DNA of 64,000 bases from Phycisphaeraceae bacterium. GTDB taxonomy: Bacteria; Planctomycetota; Phycisphaerae; Phycisphaerales; Zrk34. Where the stretch lies: contig JBBDRF010000078.1 of NCBI GenBank assembly GCA_040905565.1, forward strand, positions 1 through 64,000, given 5' to 3'. A program made the translations under genes and the position numbers. Below are positions 1 to 10,993 of this stretch, piece by piece; position 1 is the stretch's first letter, and each line of letters opens with the position of its first letter. The notes beneath the pieces are model-generated. The model made no database searches and was not told where the DNA came from. It was given only the letters and a program-made list of their open reading frames with translations.

Positions 1-139
1 TGGCCAACGGTCAGCGCACCGTCGGTCGCCGTCGCCGCTCCACACGTGCCGCCTGATCAGCTGACCACTTTCCAGACATCCACCCGAACCAAGGCCGCGA
101 AGCAGCAAACGCTGCCCGCGGCCTTGCTCGTTTGGGGCA

Positions 140-229
140 TGTATAAAGTGTGATGTGTGAGGTATGAAGTAGAAAACGCGGGGCGGCGGGGGCTCCGCAA
201 ATCAAACATCATACATCACCCCTCATACA
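140..229. repeat. Inverted pair of degenerate heptamer tandem arrays around a GC hairpin
   Basis: Left arm TGTATAA-AGTGTGA-TGTGTGA-GGTATGA (140-167) and right arm TCAAACA-TCATACA-TCACCCC-TCATACA (202-229) are imperfect reverse complements; internal GCGGGGC/GCTCCGC stem. Confidence 0.7.
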
Positions 230-233
230 TTCC

Positions 234-986
234 TCATAGCACGACGCCGCCCCGCGCTTCCGCCGCTGTTGCGTCGGCCTCGGCCGCTTTGGCCAGGAAC
301 ATCACCATGATCGCCCACAGGCACAGCACCACGTTCTGCACCGGCAACTGCAACGGCAATTTCAGGCAGTAGATCAGGGCCACCGTCGGCACCCACACCG
401 CCCAGTTCGCCAGCATCATCGGCACCACGCGTTTGCGATACCAGCCCGAACCGAGCCGTCGCAGCGTCCGCCGAAGGTCATACCCGTTCTCGTGCCATGC
501 GTAACCGATCACCATGGTCGGCACCGCCCACAACGGCACGTAAACGAACTCGTCGAAAATTACCTTCGCCACGATCGTCGACAGTGCCGAGTTGTCACCG
601 AACATCCACGCCTGAACGCGATAGAGCAAATCGATCTCCGCACCTTTGACCGCCCAGAAGCCCATCAAAAACGGCAACGCCTTCCATGCTTCGGGGCTTC
701 GCGCGGACGGCCTCATCTGCTGCACCAGCACCGGCAGCAGTCCGCCGAAGATCGCCGTGGAGCAGATCGCGAAGATGAAACCCGCGCGCACCTTCACGTC
801 GGCGATGGCATCCAGCGCCGTCTGCACCGGCGGGACCACGTAGTAGCTGCCGACAATCACCACGGCAATCACGATCAGCAATATGCCCGGCACCGTATTG
901 GCACGCGCCGCCTCGAGCCCCTCGTGCCACGGACCTTTCTTACGTTCAAGCATGCAATTCAATCCATTGAAAAAGCGCCCGATCAT
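234..986 (-). CDS. Integral membrane protein, Mpv17/PMP22-like
   Basis: About 5-6 hydrophobic helices; motifs AKVIFDEFVYVP, ANWAVWVP and QNVVLCLW resemble Mpv17/PMP22; start may be 953. Confidence 0.6.
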   Translation of the reverse strand: MIGRFFNGLNCMLERKKGPWHEGLEAARANTVPGILLIVIAVVIVGSYYVVPPVQTALDAIADVKVRAGFIFAICSTAIFGGLLPVLVQQMRPSARSPEAWKALPFLMGFWAVKGAEIDLLYRVQAWMFGDNSALSTIVAKVIFDEFVYVPLWAVPTMVIGYAWHENGYDLRRTLRRLGSGWYRKRVVPMMLANWAVWVPTVALIYCLKLPLQLPVQNVVLCLWAIMVMFLAKAAEADATAAEARGGVVL

Positions 987-1055
987 GCGACCGGGCGCTC
1001 GCTATTGTACTGTTGATCTCCCGGCCGGACTGCACGTCCGCCGAGGCCGTCGACC

Positions 1056-2513
<1,458 letters not shown>

Positions 2514-2514
<1 letters not shown>

Positions 2515-3605
2515 CAGTTCACCGTCACGGCACGCCCGGTGTTCGCCGACTCGTAGATCGCTTCGATGATCGCGACGGCTTTCCGGGCCTCGCGGCCGTC
2601 GACCGGCAACTCGCCTTTACCGTCCAGTGCATCGAGAAACGCTGCGATATTACGCGTGTGGTTCGAATAATCGATCGCCATCGGATCCGAAGCTCCGCCC
2701 TCGCTTGCCGAGTCGCCGCTGAAGCGGTTGCGGACCATCTCGTCCTCCGCGCTCTCGTTGCGGAACTGGTAATGCACGAGCTGTTCTTCGAGGATTTCCG
2801 CCGAGCCGTCACGTCCGGCGATCTGCACGCGCCGCAGTTGCCCGGGCCACATGGAGGTCGCTGCCAAGATCTGCCCCAGCGCTCCGCTGCGATACTTCAG
2901 CACCGCCACGCAGGTATCCTCGACTTCGATGAGGTTCGCATCGTGTCCGCGTTTGCCGGTGAAGGCGAACACCTGCTCGACGGGATTCACGCCCGGGTCG
3001 CCGTTGCTATCGATGGCCTGGGCGAGCCATTGAATGGCGTCGACGCCGTGGATGGACTGGTTCATCAGCGCCCCGCCGCCGTCGAGCTTGAAAGTGCCCT
3101 GCCAGCGGTCGGGGGCATAGTAATCATCATCGCGCCACCATGGCACATAGGTGTTGATGATCGCGACTTCGCCGAATCGCCCGGAAGCAGCCGCTTCGTG
3201 CACCGCTTTGACGACCGGGTTGAACCGCTGCGGGAAGATGCCGCCGATCGGGACGCCCGCTTTGTCCGCCGCCTCGAGCATGATGTCGATACGTTCGGTG
3301 GTGATCTCGATGGGCTTTTCGATCAGCACCGGGATGCCGCGCTCGATCGCTGCGAGGGCAGGCTCGAGATGCGCGCCGCTGGGGGTGGCAATGCTCACAG
3401 CCGTCGGCTTTTCGGTGTCGAGCATCTCATTGAAGTCGGCGTACCAGTTGCCGCCGAACTGCTCGGTGAATTTACGACCCTTCGCTTCGGTTCGGCAGGA
3501 GCCGGCGACGAGGGTGGCGTTCGGCAAATCGGCGATGGCGCGGGCGTGCATTCCCGCAATCGCGCCGATCCCGACCACGGCAAGACGATGATGCGTGTTA
3601 GTCAT
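2514..3605 (-). CDS. Gfo/Idh/MocA family oxidoreductase
   Basis: VVGIGAIA Rossmann motif, LIEKP, GGGALMNQSIH and VED motifs. Confidence 0.92.
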
Positions 3606-3737
3606 GCGTGCTGCTATAACACAGACCGCGGCGGTCGACAACGACGGCAGGGTTTCCCGCGAAGCCGTTACGCTGCTATCATCTGGACTGCGTTCCATGG
3701 ATGCCGCCCCGGTGGCACCATCGTTAGAGGAAGTGTC

Positions 3738-4154
3738 GTGACTGGAAAAAGTGTCGGCCAGAGACAGACGGCCCAACGGGAAGCGATTTTTCGTGTCATC
3801 CGGCGGGCAAAGGGTCCGCTCACGGTGGATCAGATCCATCAGCGTGCCAAGCGCGCCAGCCCTCGCATGGGGATCGCCACGGTCTACCGTGCGGTCAAAC
3901 TGCTGACCGAAGCGGATGAGATCCTCCCCGTCATCGTCGCCGATGGTCAGACTCGCTACGAAGCGGCCGACCTGGGCCATCATCACCATTTCCGCTGTCG
4001 CATGTGCAATCAGGTATTCGACATGGCATATTGTCCTATCTCGATACCCGCCGGTACGACGTTCCCAGGCGGGTTTCGCGTTGAGGACCATGAGTTAACG
4101 CTCTACGGCATCTGTCCGCAGTGCGACAGCACGGACCCGAAGAACGCACGCTGA
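3738..4154 (+). CDS. Fur family transcriptional regulator
   Basis: TAQREAI, ATVYRAV, HHHHFRCRMC and CPQC motifs; GTG start after AGAGGA. Confidence 0.9.
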   Translation: MTGKSVGQRQTAQREAIFRVIRRAKGPLTVDQIHQRAKRASPRMGIATVYRAVKLLTEADEILPVIVADGQTRYEAADLGHHHHFRCRMCNQVFDMAYCPISIPAGTTFPGGFRVEDHELTLYGICPQCDSTDPKNAR

Positions 4155-4323
4155 GTTCGTTCCCGTAGTCCCTGTTCGGGGCCTCCGGCGTCGGTAAGTG
4201 CCGCGGCGACAGACCTCGGCCCCCTCGGAATTACGCCTATCTTTCATGGATGATGCGTAGGCTGGGACCGAGCGTCGCCGAACGCAGGACTTTCGATTTT
4301 TCGTATCTTTTTTTCAATATGAC

Positions 4324-4352
4324 TTGATCCCATTCTCGTCAGATGTTATAAA
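4324..4352 (+). promoter_or_regulatory. Putative sigma70 promoter of the XylR-like gene
   Basis: TTGATC-17 nt-TATAAA with a TG extended -10 in an AT-rich gap. Confidence 0.5.
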
Positions 4353-4377
4353 ATCTCGCCCAATGGCTGGTAGCACT

Positions 4378-5535
4378 ATGATTAAGCACGTCGCTGTAAT
4401 TCTAAAAATTCACAAGCCTTACGATCGCCAGGTTTTGGCTGGGATCGCCAGGTACGTCCGCGGCGTCGGCAACTGGAGCCTGTACGTCGAGGACGATCCG
4501 CATTCGAAGCTTCCCAACTTCAAGCAGTGGAACGGCCAGGGGCTTCTCGTCGACCTTGACGACGTCCGCATCGCCCACGCCGTTCGAGGCGTCAACCTTC
4601 CCACCGTCGCGATTGGCGGCGGGCGCGGTGGCTATAGCTTCGACGAGCAGTTGCCTTACGTCTTCTCCAGCCACGAAGCAGTGGGGCGGGTCGCTGCGGA
4701 ACATCTGATTGACCGCGGTTTTCGTAACTTTGCCTATTGCGGCATGCCTCGAACCGCCTTCAATCCCTGGTCGCAGGGGCGCTGCGAAGCCTTCTCCCAA
4801 CGTATCGCGGAGAAGGGCCATACCTGCCACACCTACACCGGTCGGCACCAGACGCCGAGGCAGTGGGAGTCGCTTCAGAAAGATCTGACCGATTGGATCA
4901 AGACGCTGCCGCTGCCGGTGGGGCTGATGGCGTGCAACGATGCCCGCGCCAGGCACGTTCTCGAAGCGTGTCGCCGAGCCGAGTTGCGCGTTCCCGAGGA
5001 CGTCGCGGTGCTCGGTGTCGACAACGACGAGATGATGTGCGAACTCTCTTCGCCGCCTCTCTCCAGTGTCATCCAGGCCACCGACCGCGTCGGCTATCAG
5101 GCCGCGTTGATGCTGGACAAGTTGATGAGCGGGGAAACGCTTGATCAGCGTGTGGTTGAAGTGAGCCCGCTCGGCGTGGCCACCCGCCACTCGACCGACG
5201 TGCTTGCGGTGCAGGATGCAAAGGTTGCCGAGGCGATCGCGCTGATCCGCGATCGCGCCTGCGAACCGCTGCAGGTGCGCGATGTGCTCGCCCATGCGGG
5301 GCTCTCCCGCGCGACGCTGGAGGTGCGCTTCAAACGGGTGCTCGGCCGCACCATCCACTCGGAGATTCAGCGGGTTCAGATCGCCACAGCTTCGGAACTG
5401 CTGGCGATGACGGACGTTCCCATCAAAACCGTCGCCGAGCGCGTCGGCTTCAAGTACGTGCAGTATCTCACCACGGTCTTCCGGCGTGCGACGGGCTACA
5501 CCCCCGCAGCCTTCCGACGCCGCTCCCGGCAGTAG
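4378..5535 (+). CDS. XylR-type regulator (periplasmic-binding-like sensor plus C-terminal AraC HTH)
   Basis: GLMACND and VPEDVAVLGVDND..CELSSPPLSSV motifs; C-terminal AraC VAERVGF..YL..VFRR..G.TP. Confidence 0.9.
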   Translation: MIKHVAVILKIHKPYDRQVLAGIARYVRGVGNWSLYVEDDPHSKLPNFKQWNGQGLLVDLDDVRIAHAVRGVNLPTVAIGGGRGGYSFDEQLPYVFSSHEAVGRVAAEHLIDRGFRNFAYCGMPRTAFNPWSQGRCEAFSQRIAEKGHTCHTYTGRHQTPRQWESLQKDLTDWIKTLPLPVGLMACNDARARHVLEACRRAELRVPEDVAVLGVDNDEMMCELSSPPLSSVIQATDRVGYQAALMLDKLMSGETLDQRVVEVSPLGVATRHSTDVLAVQDAKVAEAIALIRDRACEPLQVRDVLAHAGLSRATLEVRFKRVLGRTIHSEIQRVQIATASELLAMTDVPIKTVAERVGFKYVQYLTTVFRRATGYTPAAFRRRSRQ

Positions 5536-5553
5536 CCGTCACGCCCGCGCCCC

Positions 5554-6645
5554 TCACAGGGCGTCGATGATCATCTGCCCGACTTCGTTCGTCCCTTTGT
5601 TCAGCCGGTCCATCGCCTGCCCGGTGAACTGGGGGCAGACTTTGCGGACAGCCGCTTCGACCGTTGCGCCCGTTGCCACAGCCGCGGCGTCGCCCTTGAT
5701 GCGGCCGGTTTCCCGCAGCAGCATCGCCAGGCTCACGACCGTCGCGATCGGGTTCGCCTTGTTCTGGCCTGCGATGTCCGGAGCCGAGCCGTGCACCGGT
5801 TCGAACATGCTCGGAGCCGTGCCGTCGGGGTTCAGGTTCCCCGACGCAGCCAGGCCCATGCCTCCCGCGATCGCGGCGCCAAGGTCTGTGATGATGTCGC
5901 CGAACATGTTCGGCACCACCACCGTGTCGTACACCTCAGGCTTGGCCACCATGTACATGCAGCAGGCATCCACGTGGTGATATTCCCGCGTGATGTCCGG
6001 GTAGTCTGCTTCGCCGATCTCCTCGAACGCGCGGAACCATAAGCCCCCCGCGAAGGTCAGCACGTTCGTCTTATGCACCAGCGTCAGCTTCCCGCCGCCC
6101 CGGCCGGCCTGCTTCTTGGCGCGGGCAAAGTCGAACGCATACCGCAGGCACCGCTCCACGCCGAACCGCGTGGCCAGCATCTCCTGCGTTGCGATCTCCT
6201 GCTGTGTGCCCTTGCGAGCGATGCCCCCCGCCCCGGTGTAAAGATCTTCCGTATTCTCGCGGATCACATCGAAGTCGATCTCCGCAGCCCCCTTGCCCGC
6301 CAGCGGCGACTGCACCCCGTCGTAAAGTTGCACCGGCCTGAGGTTAATGTACTGGTCCAGATCGAACCGCAGCTTCAGCAGCAGCCCCTTCTCCAGCACG
6401 CCCGGCGGCACGTCAGGGGTGCCCACCGCACCGAGCAGAATCGCGTCAAACTTCCGCAGATCCGCGACCTGTTCGTCGGTGATCACCTCCCCGGTCTGCA
6501 GGTAATGCTTCCCGCCGTACGGCAGATCGGTAAGGTGGTATTGCAGCCCGCTCTGGCTCGCCGCAGCTTTGAGGACCCCCAGCGCCGTCTCTACCACGTC
6601 AGGTCCGATTCCGTCGCCGCCGATGACACCGATATTCAAAGCCAT
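5554..6645 (-). CDS. leuB: 3-isopropylmalate dehydrogenase
   Basis: [27 protein letters not shown] and [19 protein letters not shown] motifs. Confidence 0.9.
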   Translation of the reverse strand: MALNIGVIGGDGIGPDVVETALGVLKAAASQSGLQYHLTDLPYGGKHYLQTGEVITDEQVADLRKFDAILLGAVGTPDVPPGVLEKGLLLKLRFDLDQYINLRPVQLYDGVQSPLAGKGAAEIDFDVIRENTEDLYTGAGGIARKGTQQEIATQEMLATRFGVERCLRYAFDFARAKKQAGRGGGKLTLVHKTNVLTFAGGLWFRAFEEIGEADYPDITREYHHVDACCMYMVAKPEVYDTVVVPNMFGDIITDLGAAIAGGMGLAASGNLNPDGTAPSMFEPVHGSAPDIAGQNKANPIATVVSLAMLLRETGRIKGDAAAVATGATVEAAVRKVCPQFTGQAMDRLNKGTNEVGQMIIDAL

Positions 6646-6762
6646 GCCGTTTCTCCACCGAGCTGCTGATGCGAAAGTTGAAAAATTGAGCGGCTACTCT
6701 TAGCACTTCCCCCCCAGCCGAGCAAGTTTACGGCGTCGCAAACCCCCACACGCGTCGCACAA

Positions 6763-6815
6763 ACAGCCGCGAACCTACGCCACGCCGGACCTGCGAGACG
6801 TCGTTTCGCGGCTAT
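6763..6815. repeat. REP/REPIN-like hairpin element, family A copy 2 (degenerate)
   Basis: ACAGCCGCGAACCTACG...CGTCGTTTCGCGGCTAT aligns along its length with 2461-2514. Confidence 0.65.
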
Positions 6816-6834
6816 TTGTCCTTACCACCGCAAT

Positions 6835-6862
6835 TTGACACGATCGGCCGGTAAGCTACACT
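6835..6862 (+). promoter_or_regulatory. Sigma70 promoter upstream of the structured leader and tRNA-Gln operon
   Basis: TTGACA-16 nt-TACACT. Confidence 0.7.
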
Positions 6863-6869
6863 GACCAAG

Positions 6870-7026
6870 CTTCCACAGGGACGAGCCGCCCATGACGAGC
6901 CGAAAGGCGAGGCGTGGGCATGGGCAGGTCCGCGGCTTTAACTAAAGGCCTGTCCCGCTCCTGGAAGTAAGCCGCGGTTCCCTTCCCCGGTCGTTCACGC
7001 GACACCGCTTTTGCCGGGTTACCGCG
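6870..7026 (+). ncRNA. Candidate structured RNA (multi-stem, GAAA tetraloop, possible pseudoknot)
   Basis: Starts just after the promoter; stems CTTCCA/TGGAAG, GCCCATG/CGTGGGC, GCC-GAAA-GGC, GGGCAGGTC/GGCCTGTCC and CCGCGGCTT/AAGCCGCGG; no credible ORF. Confidence 0.45.
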
Positions 7027-7078
7027 ACGAAATCAAGACGATCGGCGGCCGTGCCTCGCACCGCTGCCGAACCACGAT

Positions 7079-7150
7079 TGGCCCGTGGTGTAATCGGTAA
7101 CACACCAGGTTTTGATCCTGGCATTCCTGGTTCAAGTCCAGGCGGGCCAG
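7079..7150 (+). tRNA. tRNA-Gln (anticodon TTG), CCA not encoded
   Basis: Acceptor stem TGGCCCG/CGGGCCA, anticodon arm CCAGG-TTTTGAT-CCTGG, T arm CCTGG-TTCAAGT-CCAGG. Confidence 0.97.
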
Positions 7151-7190
7151 TTTTTCGTGCGGTCATCAGCGGAACGTGAGACGAACGATC

Positions 7191-7976
7191 ATGAATCAAT
7201 CCCCCTCCAATAAGCGTGCGCTTGAAGCCATCATCATGGCTGCAGGCAAGGGCACGCGTATGAACAGCGATCTGCCGAAGGTCCTCCACCCGGTCGCCGA
7301 TCGTGCCATGGTGCAGTGGGTCGTCGATGCGTGCGAAGCCGCCGGCTCACGCCGACAGATCATGATCGTCGGCCACGGCCGCGAGCAGGTCGAAGCCGAA
7401 CTCGCCGGCCGTGATTCCTGCGTCTTCGTCGAACAGCGTGAACAGCTCGGCACCGGCCACGCCGTCATGCAGGCCGGGCCTCTCTATAAAGAAGATGCCG
7501 ACGATGTCGATGTCCTGGTGCTCGCCGGCGACGGGCCTTTGATTCGGCCCAGCACACTCGAGCAGCTGCTGAAACGTCACCGGGAAAACGACGCCGCCGC
7601 CACCATCGCCACCGCCACGCTCGAAGATGCCACAGGCTACGGTCGCATCGTCCGCGACGCAGCGGGCGGATTCGAACGCATCGTCGAAGAAAAAGATGCG
7701 ACCGACGCGGAGAAGAACCTTCGCGAAGTCAACCCAAGTTACTACTGCTTCCGGGCTGCCGATCTGTTCGCTGCGCTGGATCAAACGAACAACGACAACG
7801 CCAAGGGCGAATACTACCTCACCGACGTGCTGGGCATCCTCATCAAGCAGGGCCGCACGGTGGAAGTCATCGAAGCCGTCCCCGCGGAGGACGTGCTGAG
7901 CATCAACACGCCGGTTCAGCAGGCGGAAGTTGACGCGATTTTAAGGCGGCGGCTGGCCGCGGGAGTGCGACGATGA
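7191..7976 (+). CDS. glmU: GlmU-like uridylyltransferase, N-terminal domain only
   Basis: AAGKGTRMNSDLPKVLH, EQLGTGHA, GYGRIVR and EYYLTD motifs; no left-handed beta-helix acetyltransferase domain. Confidence 0.85.
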   Translation: MNQSPSNKRALEAIIMAAGKGTRMNSDLPKVLHPVADRAMVQWVVDACEAAGSRRQIMIVGHGREQVEAELAGRDSCVFVEQREQLGTGHAVMQAGPLYKEDADDVDVLVLAGDGPLIRPSTLEQLLKRHRENDAAATIATATLEDATGYGRIVRDAAGGFERIVEEKDATDAEKNLREVNPSYYCFRAADLFAALDQTNNDNAKGEYYLTDVLGILIKQGRTVEVIEAVPAEDVLSINTPVQQAEVDAILRRRLAAGVRR

Positions 7977-8956
7977 GTCGAACGGACGCCGACCAGGTCA
8001 AGGTTTTTGCCGGTCGCGCCAGTCGCGAACTGGCCGAGGGCGTCTCGCGTTACCTCGAGTTACCAATAGGCCAGGGCCATACCGAAATATTCCCCGACGG
8101 CGAACTGCTCGTGAAGATCGAGGAAGACGTGCGCGGCCGTGACTGCTTCGTCGTGCAGTCCACGTACCACCCGGTCAACGCCCACCTGATGGAGCTGTTG
8201 ATCTACATCGATTGCCTCAAGCGCGCCAGTGCCAAGCAGATCACCGCCGTCATTCCCTACTACGGCTACGCCCGGCAGGACCGCAAGGACCAGGGCCGCA
8301 CGCCCATCACCGCCAAGCTGGTGGCGAACCTCATCACCGCCGCCGGCGCCGACCGCGTTCTCGCGATGGACCTCCACGCCGCCCAGATCCAGGGCTTCTT
8401 CGATATCCCCGTCGATCATCTCCACGCCGCCCCGGTCATCGTCGAGTACATCGAATCCGTCCGCCATGAACTCGGCGACATCGTGCTGGTCAGCCCCGAC
8501 GTCGGCAACGTCAAAACCGCGAACATGTACGCCGAGATGCTCGGTGGCGACCTCGCCATCATCGACAAACGCCGAAAGAGCGGCTCCGAGGTCGTCTCGG
8601 CCAACCTCATCGGCGACGTCACAGGCAAGACCGTGCTGCTGGTGGACGACCTGATCTCCACAGCCGGCACCATCTGCGAAGCGGCCCGGCTGCTCATGCA
8701 GCACGGCGCGAAGGACATCATCGCCGCCGCAACCCATCCGGTGCTCGTGGGCCTGGCGATGGAGCGTCTGCACGAAGCGCCCATCAGCCGCATCATCGTC
8801 ACCGACACCATCCCCTGCGGCGCCCGTTGCGCCAAAATCGCCGACAAACTCGTGGTGCTCTCCACCGCCGGGCTGCTCGGCGACGCAATCCACCGCATCC
8901 ACCATCACGAGTCCATCAGTGCCCTGTTCAGGCCGGGCTACTCGGGCAAACGATAA
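7973..8956 (+). CDS. prs: Ribose-phosphate pyrophosphokinase
   Basis: FPDGE, PYYGYARQDRK, DLHAAQIQGFF and VDDLISTAGT motifs. Confidence 0.98.
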   Translation: MSRTDADQVKVFAGRASRELAEGVSRYLELPIGQGHTEIFPDGELLVKIEEDVRGRDCFVVQSTYHPVNAHLMELLIYIDCLKRASAKQITAVIPYYGYARQDRKDQGRTPITAKLVANLITAAGADRVLAMDLHAAQIQGFFDIPVDHLHAAPVIVEYIESVRHELGDIVLVSPDVGNVKTANMYAEMLGGDLAIIDKRRKSGSEVVSANLIGDVTGKTVLLVDDLISTAGTICEAARLLMQHGAKDIIAAATHPVLVGLAMERLHEAPISRIIVTDTIPCGARCAKIADKLVVLSTAGLLGDAIHRIHHHESISALFRPGYSGKR

Positions 8957-8996
8957 ACGAACATTCACTGCGTTACGCAAAGCGGAGACTACGAAA

Positions 8997-9635
8997 ATGG
9001 CACATGAAACCCCTCGCATCAAAGCGGCTCAGCGTGATCGGCTCGGCACCCGCTACGCCGCACGCCTCCGCAGCAGCGGCAAGCTGCCCGCGGTCGTCTA
9101 CGGTCACCAGGAAGACCCAGCCCACGTCGCGGTCGATCGTGAAGAACTGCTCCACCACCTCCACGAAGGCAGCCACATGCTTGAACTGGAGCTCGACGAC
9201 GGCAAGACCGAAACCTGCCTCGTCAAGGACGTTCAGTACGACTACCTCGGCACCGACATCATCCACGTCGACCTCACCCGCACCAGCCTCACCGAGGAAG
9301 TGTACGTGACCGTGTCGATCGAGCTGAAGGGCCGTGAAGAGGCGCCGGGGCTCAAGGAAGACGGTGCGATTCTCGAACAGCCGCTCGTCGAGCTTGAAGT
9401 CCGCTGCCGCGCCAACGCCATCCCCGACGAGATCGTGGTGGACATCAGCAAGCTCGAAGCCAACGAAGCGATCACCGTCGGTGATCTGAAGCTGCCCGCA
9501 GGCGTCGCCACCGATCACAACCCCGACGACGGCGTCGTGTCGATCAACATCCTCGATGAATACGAGGAAGAGGAGACCGAAGGCGAGGGCGAGGCCGAAC
9601 CGGAAGTGCTCAACGAGAAGAAGGAAGAAGGCTGA
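8997..9635 (+). CDS. rplY: 50S ribosomal protein L25/Ctc
   Basis: RLRSSGKLPAVVYG and KDVQYD..IHVD motifs; conserved prs-rplY-pth order. Confidence 0.95.
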   Translation: MAHETPRIKAAQRDRLGTRYAARLRSSGKLPAVVYGHQEDPAHVAVDREELLHHLHEGSHMLELELDDGKTETCLVKDVQYDYLGTDIIHVDLTRTSLTEEVYVTVSIELKGREEAPGLKEDGAILEQPLVELEVRCRANAIPDEIVVDISKLEANEAITVGDLKLPAGVATDHNPDDGVVSINILDEYEEEETEGEGEAEPEVLNEKKEEG

Positions 9636-9680
9636 GCCGAACCGAACTGAACGGCTCAGCTGCCTGAGGAATGCTCACTG

Positions 9681-10364
9681 ATGAAGCTGATTGTTGGACT
9701 GGGTAACCCGGGTGCGAAGTACGCAGCCACGCGACACAACGTCGGCTTCATGGTCATCGACCGTCTTGTCAGCAAGCACCTTCTCGACGGCCCGCGCAAC
9801 CGTTTCCACGCCGACACGTACCAGGGCTTATTTGATAGCGAAACCGTCATGCTGCTCAAACCGCAAACCTTCATGAACCGCTCGGGCCTGGCCGTGGGCG
9901 AGGCTGCGCGGTTCTTCAAGGTCGAGCCGCACGACGTGCTCATTATCGTCGACGATGTCGCCCTCCCCGCCGGTGCGATCCGCATGCGAGGCTCAGGCGG
10001 CGTGGGCGGACACAACGGCCTCGCCGACATTCAGCAGGCGCTGGGCACGGCGAACTACCCCCGGCTACGCGTCGGTGTCGACGAGCCCCGCATCAACGGG
10101 CGTCGCGTCAACCAGGCCGACTACGTGCTCAGTCCCTTTCACGATGAGCAGCGTCCCGCCATCGCCTCGGCCGTCGACGAAGCCGCCGCCGCCTCCTTCT
10201 GCTGGGCCACCGAAGGCCCCGGGCAGGCGATGAACCGCTTCAACACGCCGAATCCCAAACCAAAAAAATCAACGACCAACGCTTCGAAACCTAATCAAGA
10301 AAGTCGTTCGGAATCGCCTGATGAGGGCGGTTCCCAAACCACCGAACGAACGGAGAACCCATGA
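9681..10364 (+). CDS. pth: Peptidyl-tRNA hydrolase
   Basis: IVGLGNPG, TRHNVGF, KPQTFMN.SG and GGHNGL motifs. Confidence 0.97.
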   Translation: MKLIVGLGNPGAKYAATRHNVGFMVIDRLVSKHLLDGPRNRFHADTYQGLFDSETVMLLKPQTFMNRSGLAVGEAARFFKVEPHDVLIIVDDVALPAGAIRMRGSGGVGGHNGLADIQQALGTANYPRLRVGVDEPRINGRRVNQADYVLSPFHDEQRPAIASAVDEAAAASFCWATEGPGQAMNRFNTPNPKPKKSTTNASKPNQESRSESPDEGGSQTTERTENP

Positions 10365-10954
10365 GCGCATCCCGACCGGTCCTTTACGAAGGCATGTTCC
10401 TTTTCGATTCCGCAGCTGTGCAGTCCAGCGTCGCCATCGCCACCGAAGCCCTCAACGAAGTCTTCAAGCGATCCGAAGCTGAGGTCGTCTCCCTGCACCG
10501 CTGGGATGAGCGTAAGCTCGCCTACCCCATCAAGGGCCAGAAGCGAGGCCTGTACATGCTCGCCTACTTCAACGTCCGAGGCTCGCAAATTCCCAACATT
10601 GAGCGCGACGTCACCCTCTCCGAGCAGCTGCTTCGCTGCATGATTCTGCGAGCCGACCACGTGGGCCAGACCGAACTGGAACTCGCTGAAGAGATGGCCA
10701 AGGAAACGCAGGCCGCCGAGGCGCTCGAGCGCAGCGGCGAAGGTGCCGAAGGCGCTGCCCCGGCAGAGGGCGAAGCTCAAGCCGAAGGCGAAGCGGCCCC
10801 CGCAGCCGAGGCCACCGAAACGGCGGAGACGACCGAAGGCAGCCGCACGGAATCCGAAGCCGCTGCGAGCGCCGAGCCTGAAGCTCCCCGTCCGACGCCC
10901 GCCGCTGGCGACGAGGCGACCGAGGCTCCCGAATCCGGCACCCGCGACGCCTAA
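10361..10954 (+). CDS. rpsF: 30S ribosomal protein S6 with long acidic tail
   Basis: YEGMFL, WDERKLAYPI and LLRCMILR motifs; precedes ssb. Confidence 0.93.
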   Translation: MSASRPVLYEGMFLFDSAAVQSSVAIATEALNEVFKRSEAEVVSLHRWDERKLAYPIKGQKRGLYMLAYFNVRGSQIPNIERDVTLSEQLLRCMILRADHVGQTELELAEEMAKETQAAEALERSGEGAEGAAPAEGEAQAEGEAAPAAEATETAETTEGSRTESEAAASAEPEAPRPTPAAGDEATEAPESGTRDA

Positions 10955-10993
10955 ACCGCCCCGGGCGCCCGCCAAACCCAAGGAGGCCACACG

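Noticed and set aside
1..56. C-terminal end of an upstream plus-strand gene (ANGQRTVGRRRRSTRAA-stop)
   Set aside because: Too short to support or identify
6891..6913. Hammerhead-like core ATGACGA-GCC-GAAA-GGC-GAGG
   Set aside because: Differs from the conserved CUGANGA and GAAA core at key positions, and no stem I/III with an NUH site was found
6870..6970. SRP RNA or c-di-GMP-I riboswitch
   Set aside because: CAGGTCC is not followed by the [15 protein letters not shown] motif, and the GCAAA/GACGCAAAG riboswitch motifs are absent
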